The notes under the pieces: generated by a model
Seen by the model: the letters and a program-made list of their open reading frames with translations, nothing else
Told to the model about the DNA's origin: nothing
Database searches by the model: none
Part shown: positions 34,628 through 43,177 of the stretch, one piece after another
How positions within the stretch are numbered: the first letter of the stretch is position 1
How the letters are laid out: every line of letters starts with the position of its first letter
Program-made: the position numbers and the translations under genes
Source of the DNA: a virus
Lineage: Duplodnaviria > Caudoviricetes
IMG/VR virus record: IMGVR_UViG_3300025645_000097
Location: 1 to 53,726 of that record
Length of the DNA: 53,726 bases
Direction: 5' to 3' (one strand)

Positions 34628-34830
34628 TACATAAGAACCCGCATTGGGCCGGGATTGACGCTCCCGACCTGGTTTTCGAGGCGCTGAATGTAGGCGAGCA
34701 ATGCTTGCCGATTCGCGGCGGTGTACTCGACACGCTCGCCGTTCTGATCGACGTAGACGCGCGCCTGTTGGCCCGTTACCAGCAAGTGATATTGGGCTTT
34801 CGCGTCCGCAAGTTGTTCTGCAAGAGTCAA
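34627..34830 (-). CDS. Head-tail joining protein W
   Basis: LADAKAQYHLLVTG...DQNGERVEYT.AN...L.AYI. Confidence 0.88.
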   Translation of the reverse strand: MTLAEQLADAKAQYHLLVTGQQARVYVDQNGERVEYTAANRQALLAYIQRLENQVGSVNPGPMRVLM

Positions 34831-34839
34831 GTCGGTCTC

Positions 34840-36924
34840 CTAGCCTAGCTTCTCAGCGAGCGTGCGTAGACTATATTCACCTTTCGGGTGAATTTCAAAC
34901 CGTTTGTTGGTATCTCCATACACCATGTCGTTGTCGTCCCATTCCTCGGCCCAAGATGGAGGGGCTGACCAGTCGATATGCTGCATCCTGATCCGGCTGG
35001 AGTGGCAGAGCGCCAAGGCGTAGACGAGGAGGTCCCAGCTTTCGTTGCGGCTCTTGGCCGGGTTGACCCAGCCCTTGCCGGTCTTGGTCTCTGCGCAGAG
35101 TTCGACGTACCACCAGTCCGGTAGCCACTCGGGGAAAAACACCATCCCGCCGCCCGGCTCCTCCCGGGCGAGCATGTTGTTCACCATGTCCTTCGCCTGG
35201 TTGGTGTTAATCATAAGCACCGGGACCTCGCCGCGTGCCGAGGCGCGCCGGTCTTTCCGCTCCGCGTTGGGGTAGTCGATCCGCACCAGGGGCGCGGAGG
35301 CGGTCGTGCCGCCCTTGAGAAGCTGCACCCGGCGGTGATAGTTCTTTCCGTCCGCGCGAAGCTGCCGCCAGAACTCGTAAGCGTTCGCGGTCACACCTGC
35401 CGAGCCGCCGGAGTCACAGCAGAGCATCCGTATCTGCATACGCCGCCCGCTCTCATCGCCAAGTTCGTACTCGGCCTTTAGGACCAGATCGACAAGCTGA
35501 TACCAGTCCTCGACGTAGGCCGCCGGATTCAGGGGATACGGGTCTCCGTCCTCATCGACCCGCTTGGACTTTCTGATCTTGAAGCGGTCGATCACCACGA
35601 CATCGCCGTGGGGCCGGATACCGTGGACCTGGACCTCGAACCGGCTTTTCTGCACGTCCACCGACGCCACCAGGAAACGGACATCCTCGGGCACCACTCG
35701 CTCACCGAGGCGGGCCTGGGCGCGGGCTTTCAGTTCCTCCGGCAACCGCTCGGACTCGATCCCGGCGGGGAGGTAGGGCAAGCCCTGGTCGGTGTTGACC
35801 GTGGTTTTCAGGGCCTCCTCGGAGCCGGTGTTCTCGAACTCCTGGATGGCCTTGAGGTACTTGTGCGTCATGTCGGTCCAGTCAGCGAACGCCGCCGCCG
35901 GACCTTTGAGCCAGAAGGACGCCATCCGGGATCGCATGGGCGTCCCGACGATCTCGCCGGTTTCCATGTCCATCTTCTCGCCGTCCCGGAGCCAGAAGCC
36001 GCGCTGGTTCATCCCGCGCTTGCCGGGGGTGTCGGACTCGTCGTGGTTGCTGTCACGGTAGGCGTGATTGCAGTGTGGGCACCGCATGACCACCTCCTCG
36101 GCGGCTGCCAGGAGATCGTCGGTGTCGGTGTTCCACTCGAACAGGCTGAAATCCGGCTCGAAGGGCTGCCCGCAGGAAAGGCAGGGCCAGTACCAGCGCC
36201 GCCGGTCTCCCCGGTTATAGAGAGCCAGGATGCCGGTCGTCGGCGGAGCCTGGTGCGGAGAGGACGGCATCCACCGGCTGTTCTCGGTGATCCGAGAGGG
36301 CGAGGACTCGGCGGCGCACATGCCGAACCGCCCGAATGTTTTCATACGCTGGACAGCCAGGTCGAAGGCGGAACCCTCGCCGCCGATGTCCTCGGGCATC
36401 CGGTCGTAGTCCGCCAGCCAGAGCCGTCCGATCGGCTTGCCCGACAGTTCGTTCACCGTGGGCCAGGAAAGCGTGTAGAGCATCCCGGACGTGAACCGGC
36501 TGGAGTACGTTGACTGGTTGTGCTTGCCGGGCAGGAGCCGGTCGCGAATTTCGGGGTTGTCCCGGTACAGTTTCTCGACCCGGCGCTGATACCAGTCGCG
36601 GGCGGAGGACTGCGATTTGTCGATGTGCATGAAATCTGCCGGATCACAGATCGCGGAGTAGGACGACCAGTTGAGGCTCATGTCAGATTTGCCGCACTGC
36701 GCCGGACCGACGAACACCATTTGCGTAAAGTCGAGGGAGGTCAGCATCTCCATTGGCTCGACAAGGTAGGGCGTGGCGCTGTTCTTGTACTTGCCGACGT
36801 AGCTGCCGGGGTTGTTGATGTATCTGTACTTCTCGGCGGCCTCGGCCACGCTCAGACGCTCGGGTGGGCGTACCGCCTCCGCAGTCGCCAGCACCATGTC
36901 CTCTAGTGTCTGGAATCTAGTCAT
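34840..36924 (-). CDS. terL: Terminase large subunit (lambda GpA family)
   Basis: GPAQCGKS, GDRRRWYWPC..C, ASVDVQ, RNESWD. Confidence 0.95.
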   Translation of the reverse strand: MTRFQTLEDMVLATAEAVRPPERLSVAEAAEKYRYINNPGSYVGKYKNSATPYLVEPMEMLTSLDFTQMVFVGPAQCGKSDMSLNWSSYSAICDPADFMHIDKSQSSARDWYQRRVEKLYRDNPEIRDRLLPGKHNQSTYSSRFTSGMLYTLSWPTVNELSGKPIGRLWLADYDRMPEDIGGEGSAFDLAVQRMKTFGRFGMCAAESSPSRITENSRWMPSSPHQAPPTTGILALYNRGDRRRWYWPCLSCGQPFEPDFSLFEWNTDTDDLLAAAEEVVMRCPHCNHAYRDSNHDESDTPGKRGMNQRGFWLRDGEKMDMETGEIVGTPMRSRMASFWLKGPAAAFADWTDMTHKYLKAIQEFENTGSEEALKTTVNTDQGLPYLPAGIESERLPEELKARAQARLGERVVPEDVRFLVASVDVQKSRFEVQVHGIRPHGDVVVIDRFKIRKSKRVDEDGDPYPLNPAAYVEDWYQLVDLVLKAEYELGDESGRRMQIRMLCCDSGGSAGVTANAYEFWRQLRADGKNYHRRVQLLKGGTTASAPLVRIDYPNAERKDRRASARGEVPVLMINTNQAKDMVNNMLAREEPGGGMVFFPEWLPDWWYVELCAETKTGKGWVNPAKSRNESWDLLVYALALCHSSRIRMQHIDWSAPPSWAEEWDDNDMVYGDTNKRFEIHPKGEYSLRTLAEKLG

Positions 36925-37213
36925 CCTGGGCATCCATCCGGCACTGGACCGCGTAGTCCCACATCGAGACGGGGCCGTGGCCCAGGTCGTAGCCGTGGCC
37001 CTCGACCGGGTTCCCGCAGCAGCAAGTCTCGCGTTGCAACTTGATCTCCTCTGCCGTCACCCCCGATTCCGCGATCAACGCGACCTCGATGCGGTCCCGC
37101 TCGGAGCGCGGGTCGTGGTACGGGGACATCGGCATCGGGCAGTGGCCGATGCAGTGTGACCAGTCGTCCCCGCTGATCGCGCCGCACTTGGGGCATTTGA
37201 ACTTAGAAGTCAT
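36917..37213 (-). CDS. Cys/His-rich protein (98 aa) inserted between terS and terL
   Basis: CPKC..C...C and CCC...H...H; overlaps both neighbours. Confidence 0.65.
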   Translation of the reverse strand: MTSKFKCPKCGAISGDDWSHCIGHCPMPMSPYHDPRSERDRIEVALIAESGVTAEEIKLQRETCCCGNPVEGHGYDLGHGPVSMWDYAVQCRMDAQDD

Positions 37214-37868
37214 CGAGGTCGGTTCCTTCAATCTCGCCAAGCTGCGATAGTGTGGCACGTTTCTCGGGCATCTCGACGAGCGAGCGGTGCAGATCGTGCT
37301 GGAGCGCGTCCACCATCGTCGTCAACTCTGCCCGGACCTCGGTTGAGAGGGAGTGCGCCTCCGACACCTGGTCGATCCAAAGCTGGGTCGTGGTCTTGAG
37401 GCGCTGGAACGTCTCGCCCAGGACCTCCAGCACGTCCTCCGTTTTCCAGAGATCGCCAGCCTGCGCGGCCCACTTTTGGGCTTTCAGCTTTGCGTCCCAG
37501 ACATCCTTCTGGAGTGCGGTGGGCAGATCATCGGTGCCCATCTTCTTGATGGCCTCGGCAGCGTTCATCTTGGGCGTGACGAGGTATTCGAGAGCCTGCC
37601 GGAAATCGTAGAGCGGAGTGTTGCCCCGGTGCCGGGCGATCGGCGCAAGGTTGGCGAGTCGCTTGGTGACGAGTTTTCGATCTCGTTGCAGCACCTCCGC
37701 AAGGAACGTGATGCTCACCGGCTGGTATAGCGCCTGGACTACCGCCGCGTCGGCTCGACCGACGACGCCCACAGAAGGTTTACCCGACGCCGGTTTCGCG
37801 GCGCGGGGCTTTCGCTTTTTCGGTTGTTTTGGGGCCGGACCAAGCAGGTCCTCAAAGTCGTCGTTCAT
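37203..37868 (-). CDS. terS: Terminase small subunit (DUF1441-like)
   Basis: HTH-like N-terminus, LPTALQKDVWDA, GDLWKTEDV; upstream of terL. Confidence 0.85.
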   Translation of the reverse strand: MNDDFEDLLGPAPKQPKKRKPRAAKPASGKPSVGVVGRADAAVVQALYQPVSITFLAEVLQRDRKLVTKRLANLAPIARHRGNTPLYDFRQALEYLVTPKMNAAEAIKKMGTDDLPTALQKDVWDAKLKAQKWAAQAGDLWKTEDVLEVLGETFQRLKTTTQLWIDQVSEAHSLSTEVRAELTTMVDALQHDLHRSLVEMPEKRATLSQLGEIEGTDLDDF

Positions 37869-38035
37869 TTGCAGTCGTCTCCTCCTGGCAAGTGTAATTC
37901 ACCCAAAAGGTGATTGGCAAACTAAAAGTTGAATATGCAGTCGATATAGGCGAGAATGGTCATGTCGCTTGTGTGGCACCTGGGGACCGGGTGTCGTCGC
38001 TCCTCCCAAGCCCGGTCCCCAATCTCCCCCTCAGA

Positions 38036-39274
38036 TCATTTCGCGTTCTCGGCCACGTCGTCGAGCCAGTCCGCGTATGCTTGCATCATCTCTTTCCGGC
38101 CATCGAGATAGAGGGCCTTGTTGTAGGCCGCCCGCACCTCGTCCTTGCTCGTGTGCGCAAGCTGCCGCTCGATCCAGTCCCGGTTCCAGCCCTGCTCGTT
38201 CATGGTGGTAGAGAAGGTCGTGCGGAACCCGTGGTGGCAGTGTTCCTTGCGGGTGTCGTAGCCGAGCCGCCGGAGCGCGGAGTTCAAGGTGTTCTCGGAC
38301 ATGTAGCGATCCGGGTATCGGGGCATCGGGAACACCAGGTCGTTGTCTCCCCGGCAGAGCGCCATCGCCTCCAGGATTCCCTTCGCCTGCCGGGACAGCG
38401 GAACCAGGTGGTCCCCCACCTGGCCCTTCATCCGATCTTTGGGCACCGTCCAGAGTTCGAGGTCCAGGTCGATCTCGCTCCAGCGCGCGCCGCGCAACTC
38501 CCGCGACCGCAGGAACGTGTAGGCCGAGAGCAGCAGCGCCGCGCGGGTCTGTTGGCCTGCCGTGTCGGGGTAGAGCCGGATCGACCGCATGAGGCCGCCC
38601 ACGTCCCGGGCGCTCGTCAGGCCGGGATGCTCGCCGCCCTTCTTCTTGACGACCGCCCGCGTGACCATCCGCGCAGGGTTCCACTCGACCAGGCCCAGGG
38701 CGATCGAGTAGTCGAACATCTGGCCCAGCTTGCGGTGGATGTCCTTGGCCTTCTCGATCTTGCCCTCCTCCTGGACGCCCTCAACCAGGGCCAGGATTTC
38801 GGGCGGCTTGATCGAGCCGATGTCCCGACCGTGCAGCACGCCGTTCGCCAAGCTGCCGAGGTTCCAGTTCAACTTGTTCAAGGTGGCCTCTGCGATCCCC
38901 TCCTGCATCCGCTTGCGGATGAACTTGGCCGCGATCACCTCGACCCGGCGCTCCTCGGGGACCTCCTCGTCCTCGCCCGCTCTCCGGGGGCCTGTCCTCC
39001 GGTCCGTGCGGATCGCCGTGGTGTCCCGGGGGTCGATGCCGCGCTTGACCCTGGTGTTGATCTCTGCCGCTCCGAGGCGCGCGTCTGCCAGCTTCACCTC
39101 CGGGAACTCCCCGAGGGTAGCCATGCGCTGCTGGCCCCGGAACCTGTAGGCTTTCACAAAAACCTTCGCCCCGGTCGGTCGAACCTCCAGGAACAGACCA
39201 GCGCCGTCTGGCATCCGGTACTTTTTCGGTTCGGGCGCGGCTTTCTTGATCTTCTGTTCGGTCAGTGCGGTCAT
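38036..39274 (-). CDS. int: Tyrosine integrase, P4-like
   Basis: Arm-binding DGAGLFLEVRPTGAK; LR..E, HGFR, QLAH, AAY; start MTALTE after AGGAG. Confidence 0.95.
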   Translation of the reverse strand: MTALTEQKIKKAAPEPKKYRMPDGAGLFLEVRPTGAKVFVKAYRFRGQQRMATLGEFPEVKLADARLGAAEINTRVKRGIDPRDTTAIRTDRRTGPRRAGEDEEVPEERRVEVIAAKFIRKRMQEGIAEATLNKLNWNLGSLANGVLHGRDIGSIKPPEILALVEGVQEEGKIEKAKDIHRKLGQMFDYSIALGLVEWNPARMVTRAVVKKKGGEHPGLTSARDVGGLMRSIRLYPDTAGQQTRAALLLSAYTFLRSRELRGARWSEIDLDLELWTVPKDRMKGQVGDHLVPLSRQAKGILEAMALCRGDNDLVFPMPRYPDRYMSENTLNSALRRLGYDTRKEHCHHGFRTTFSTTMNEQGWNRDWIERQLAHTSKDEVRAAYNKALYLDGRKEMMQAYADWLDDVAENAK

Positions 39275-39290
39275 CCTGTTGCTCCTGAGT

Positions 39291-39609
39291 GTTGGATTCA
39301 CCTTTCAGCGTTGGATAGTTGGATATTTCACCCGAAAGTACAAGGATCATCCAACGGTTATCCAACATTTTTGTTGCTCAGAACGACGATTTTAGGGAAG
39401 ATTTAGACCCGCAGATCAGCTAACTCGCTGAATTTACACCATTTTATATGTAGCCGATAGGTGATTATTCAACTGAAACTTGGAAAATGGTGCCCGGGGG
39501 CGGAATCGAACTGCCTAAAATCAGTTATTTTGAGCGTTTTTCAGGGCTATCCAACAGTTATCCAACATATTCACCTATTGGATGAATATTCCTCTTTTGG
39601 TGTTGGATA
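39291..39609. other. attP region: tRNA 3'-end core plus arm-type repeats
   Basis: 39488-39511 reverse-complements to GTTCGATTCCGCCCCCGGGCACCA (T-loop, T-stem, acceptor strand, CCA; Phe-like); ATCCAACRGTTATCCAACA at 39349-39367 and 39549-39567; inverted GTTGGATA at 39310, 39318, 39602. Confidence 0.85.
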
Positions 39610-39619
39610 GCCTTCAATC

Positions 39620-40318
39620 TTAGTCTTGCGCGGCCAACTCGCTAAATTCGCGCAGAGGCTCGATCGAGCCGCCGCCGTCCTTGAACACGCGGCCGCTTTC
39701 CCGGTGCAGCGTGACGACGGAGTACCCGCCGAGCGACTGCCGTTCCACGTTGGTCACGTCCAGTACGTTGACGCACACGGTCCCCGTGACCTCCGGCCCG
39801 CGCTCCTGGATCACCATGAGGATTCGCGAACTGCCCACCGGCTCCGGCACGACGCAGGTGTAGGTGTCCTCGTCTCTGACGTTTGCGACCTGGACCAGCG
39901 CCGTGAAACGGGTGCCGCCCATGTTGACGCTCAAGTCCCAGGCATCATCCTCGCCGGGGAAAGAGAAGCGCCCGCCGTTCATCTCGACAAGACCCGCAAC
40001 CAGGAGGACCGCGCCAGACGCGCTGGTGGCCTTCTCCTGGACGATCCTGGCCTTCTGCGTTGGCCGCCTGCCCAGATTCAGCCAAACCTCATCCACACTC
40101 AAGACCTTGGCGAGTTTCTGGACGTTATCATTCCGGGGTTTGGCCTCACCGGCAAACCACTTGCTCATGGTGTTGGGCGATACTACACACTTGGCCTCGG
40201 TTTCTAGTTTGCGCCGGAGCCAGCTTTGCCTACCGTGCGGGGTGGGAGGAGCCAGCGGGTGCCCCTCGACAGCTTGCGCCAGTCGAAGCCCAAACGCCTT
40301 TGTTGAATCTTGTGCCAT
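39620..40318 (-). CDS. Putative immunity repressor: XRE HTH plus non-S24 C-terminal domain
   Basis: VSPNTMSKWFAGEAKPR...LAKVLSVDEVWL; next to int/attP. Confidence 0.75.
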   Translation of the reverse strand: MAQDSTKAFGLRLAQAVEGHPLAPPTPHGRQSWLRRKLETEAKCVVSPNTMSKWFAGEAKPRNDNVQKLAKVLSVDEVWLNLGRRPTQKARIVQEKATSASGAVLLVAGLVEMNGGRFSFPGEDDAWDLSVNMGGTRFTALVQVANVRDEDTYTCVVPEPVGSSRILMVIQERGPEVTGTVCVNVLDVTNVERQSLGGYSVVTLHRESGRVFKDGGGSIEPLREFSELAAQD

Positions 40319-40453
40319 CGCTTTTACCTAACGGGTGATTTAACCTCTTTCATCTATATGTTGAAAGATCACCCAAGGTCAACAATTCTATGGGTTGCAA
40401 TTTCCCGAATAGGTAGTTAACGTACTCTATATGGGGGATTCGCCAACAGAAAA

Positions 40454-40469
40454 ACACAATATATAGTGT
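40454..40469. promoter_or_regulatory. NrdR box (weaker second box at 40422-40437)
   Basis: ACACAATATATAGTGT matches the acaCwAtATaTwGtgt consensus; second box 32 bp away. Confidence 0.7.
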
Positions 40470-40537
40470 CTTAACTGGTGAAAAAACCACATCCAACCAC
40501 ACCGCCCCACAGCAGATTTTCGCGCTATGAGGGAATA

Positions 40538-40546
40538 TGTGGATAA
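40538..40546 (-). promoter_or_regulatory. DnaA box
   Basis: TGTGGATAA is the reverse complement of TTATCCACA. Confidence 0.55.
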
Positions 40547-40553
40547 CTCCGGG

Positions 40554-40568
40554 TTAAGCCCGGGTTAA
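40554..40568. promoter_or_regulatory. CtrA box TTAA-N7-TTAA
   Basis: TTAA GCCCGGG TTAA; overlapping near-match ATAA CTCCGGG TTAA at 40543-40557. Confidence 0.6.
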
Positions 40569-40578
40569 TTCTTGACAA

Positions 40579-42018
40579 CTAAACGCCCAGATGAGCCTTA
40601 ACCGCGTCGGTGATTCTCTCCTGAGTCGCGTCCCGGTCGGCCAGCACATCCACCAGGCGCATGTCGAACGTCGAGTTCGTCAGGATGTGGTGGATGAACA
40701 CATGCTCCGCCTTCTGCCCGGGGCGGGCCAGGCGCGCGTTGAACTGCTGATAGAGTTCCAGCGAGGCGTTGAGGCCGAACCAGACAATATGGTGGCCGCC
40801 GTACTGGAGGTTCATGCCGTGGCCGATCGAGGCCGGGTGCGCCAGGAGCATCCGAACCTTGCCCTCGTTCCAGGCATCGAGGACGCCCGGCTCCGTCGCT
40901 TCTCGGGCGTAGGGGAACTTCTTCTTGATCCGCTCCAGGTCGAACTTGAAGCTGTAGGCCACCAGGAGGTTCGCCCCGGCGGTGTCCGCGACGATCGACT
41001 CCAGTTCGTTCACCTTGAGGTCGTGGATCGGGATCGTCTCCCGCACCTCGGTCATCTCGTCCGTCCGGTAGACCGAGCCGTTGGCGTACTGGAGCAGCTT
41101 GAAGGTCAGGACGCCCTTGTTGACGGCCTCGATGTCATGCTCCTCCAACGCCAGTTCCTTCTCGAACCGCTTGTAGTCCTTGAGCAGCTTGGACGAGAGG
41201 TCCACGATCCGGGGCGGCAGGTCGGGGATCGTCATCACGGGCGGCAGCGCCACATAGTCCCTAGCCTTCATCGAGACCATCACATCCCTAATCCGGTCGA
41301 TGATCTCGCCCTCGGAGTGCGGGTAGGCCGTGTAGTTCCAGCCCTTGAAATCGCTCTCGAACCAGCGATTCAGGAAGGCGGTCTTTGTCCGGCCCAGGCG
41401 TTCGCCCTGGTCGATGATGTAAAGCTGCCCCCATAGATCGGTCAGGCCGTTCGGCGTCGGCGTCCCGGTCAGTTCGATGATGTAGTCCATGTGCTTGCGG
41501 ACCTTGGAGTAGACGCCGAACTCGGAGAGGTTCATGGACGCGGTGCGCTTCTTGCCCTCTTTGAGGCGGCTGCTCTCGTCGTAAACCAGCACGTCGAACG
41601 GCCACTCCACCTTGAGTTCCCGCAGCGTCTTGTAGAGCCAGACGACGTTCTCCCGGTTGATGACCATGATCTCGGACATCGGATCGTCCAGGAACTCCTG
41701 GAGCCATTCAAGGCGCTGCTTGGGCGTCACCTTCTGGCCGATCTTGCCGGAAAGGCTTTTCCAGTGCAGCGGGCGAAGGTGGCTCCAGTTCTCGAACTCG
41801 TCGGGCCACGTCTTTTGCGCCACGCGCAGAGGCGCGACGATCAAGACCTTGCGGACCATGAGCGTGTCGAGCAGCGCCCGGATCGCGGTGGCCGTGGTCA
41901 CGGTCTTTCCCAGAGCCATCTCGACCGCCAAGAGCGCGCCGGGCTTGACGCCGAAATCGGCCTCTATCCGGCCCGCAAGATCGGTCTGGTAGCCGTGCAT
42001 ATCAGAGCGGTGAAGCAT
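40579..42018 (-). CDS. SNF2-family helicase
   Basis: EMALGKT, DESS, LTGTP, GHGMNLQ, QFNARLARPGQ. Confidence 0.93.
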   Translation of the reverse strand: MLHRSDMHGYQTDLAGRIEADFGVKPGALLAVEMALGKTVTTATAIRALLDTLMVRKVLIVAPLRVAQKTWPDEFENWSHLRPLHWKSLSGKIGQKVTPKQRLEWLQEFLDDPMSEIMVINRENVVWLYKTLRELKVEWPFDVLVYDESSRLKEGKKRTASMNLSEFGVYSKVRKHMDYIIELTGTPTPNGLTDLWGQLYIIDQGERLGRTKTAFLNRWFESDFKGWNYTAYPHSEGEIIDRIRDVMVSMKARDYVALPPVMTIPDLPPRIVDLSSKLLKDYKRFEKELALEEHDIEAVNKGVLTFKLLQYANGSVYRTDEMTEVRETIPIHDLKVNELESIVADTAGANLLVAYSFKFDLERIKKKFPYAREATEPGVLDAWNEGKVRMLLAHPASIGHGMNLQYGGHHIVWFGLNASLELYQQFNARLARPGQKAEHVFIHHILTNSTFDMRLVDVLADRDATQERITDAVKAHLGV

Positions 42019-42274
42019 CGGAGTCCTTCTCGTCGATCACCCGGGGGTCCAGCATCTCGTCCTCCCACTCGGAGTCGCACACCGGGCAGCGCCAGTAGAC
42101 AAAGGGCGGCACCTTATCGCCGCCCCCGCAGCCCTCGCAATCGGGGTCGGCATAGGTCTCAACGATCTCGTAGTCGTCGGACATCCAGTCGAACTCCCCG
42201 CGCTCGACCTCCTCCCAAGTCGCCTCTGTCCCGTCGGGCCAGCGAACAACAGCGTCAGGACTCGGCATCTGCAT
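42002..42274 (-). CDS. Small acidic zinc-finger protein
   Basis: CEGC...CPVC; overlaps both neighbours. Confidence 0.6.
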   Translation of the reverse strand: MQMPSPDAVVRWPDGTEATWEEVERGEFDWMSDDYEIVETYADPDCEGCGGGDKVPPFVYWRCPVCDSEWEDEMLDPRVIDEKDSDASPL

Positions 42275-42587
42275 CGTCCTCTACCTCCGGCTCGTGGGCG
42301 TCGAAGATCGCCTTGCCCTGCGGAATCGTGTCCACGACATGCACCTCGAAGCCGTTGGCCGTCAGCCAGTTGATCTCCCGCTTCTGCGCGACAGACAGCT
42401 TGCCGTTCGGGTCCTTGAACTCGATGATGAGAAGCTGGCCCATGCCGCGCTTGAACCAGCGGTCGGGGCATCCGCGCCGACCGACGAACTGCATCTTGCG
42501 GGGCCGCCAGCCGAGGCTCTTGGCGTACTTGCACACCTGCTCCTCGATGTAGAACTCGCGGCGGCCCATGTCGCACTTGGCGCTCAT
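42255..42587 (-). CDS. VRR-NUC domain nuclease
   Basis: GCPDR...IEFK...GKLSVAQ. Confidence 0.9.
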   Translation of the reverse strand: MSAKCDMGRREFYIEEQVCKYAKSLGWRPRKMQFVGRRGCPDRWFKRGMGQLLIIEFKDPNGKLSVAQKREINWLTANGFEVHVVDTIPQGKAIFDAHEPEVEDDADAES

Positions 42588-42877
42588 TCGTCACCTCCGA
42601 ACATCTCGCGGTCGCGGAACGCGCTGTAGGCCAGGCAGACCTCTTGGAGTTCCGGCAGGTCTTTGAAATGCTTCCCGGGGTTCGGCATCATCTCGATCGC
42701 CAGGAGGAGCCGCGACAGCGTAGGGCCGTCCACGGTCTCCGTTGGGCGCACGCGGGACCGGCGCACCGGGCGGTGGTGCGGGATCACCTCCTGCGACCAG
42801 ATTCCGGGGCGGGTGTTATACACGTTCGGGACCTGCTTGAGCCAGATCGCGGGTTCGTCCTCGGGGGGCTTAGTCAC
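42584..42877 (-). CDS. Hypothetical protein (~97 aa, GTG start inferred)
   Basis: Fills the operon; ATGA overlap with VRR-NUC. Confidence 0.5.
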   Translation of the reverse strand: MTKPPEDEPAIWLKQVPNVYNTRPGIWSQEVIPHHRPVRRSRVRPTETVDGPTLSRLLLAIEMMPNPGKHFKDLPELQEVCLAYSAFRDREMFGGDE

Positions 42878-42959
42878 TGTCGCGGCCCTCCCAGAGAAGG
42901 AATCCGAGGATGCCGAAGTACACGACGATCCCGACAACACCGGCCACGTTCACCCACAT
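42870..42959 (-). CDS. ~29-aa single-TM micropeptide
   Basis: MWVNVAGVVGIVVYFGILGFLLWEGRDSD; fills the gap in the operon. Confidence 0.45.
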   Translation of the reverse strand: MWVNVAGVVGIVVYFGILGFLLWEGRDSD

Positions 42960-42967
42960 CTCGGCGC

Positions 42968-43168
42968 TCAATGGACCAGCCCTCCGTCCGGGGCCACTTT
43001 TGGCGGGATGTACGCCTCGAACCGGCCATCGAAGAACTCGGCCGCCGGGCGGGTCCACACCAAGCCCATCTCGTCCTGGTAGGCCACCTGGATTCCCATG
43101 TCGTCCTCTTTGATTTGCAGGGCCACGATCTTGTAGGTCCCGCCGCTCTTTTTGTGTTTCACATACAT
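42968..43168 (-). CDS. DUF1653-family protein
   Basis: KHKKSGGTY...VAY...WTRPAAEFFDGRF. Confidence 0.8.
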   Translation of the reverse strand: MYVKHKKSGGTYKIVALQIKEDDMGIQVAYQDEMGLVWTRPAAEFFDGRFEAYIPPKVAPDGGLVH

Positions 43169-43177
43169 CTCTGTCTC

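Noticed and set aside
17037-39406. Long antisense ORFs (e.g. 17037..18662, 22154..23230, 30070..31224, 33509..34546, 37910..39406)
   Set aside because: Shadow frames of GC-rich genes with clear identities on the opposite strand; no motifs or RBS.
39488-39511. tRNA gene
   Set aside because: Only the 3' 24 nt are present, with no anticodon or D arm; it is the attP core.
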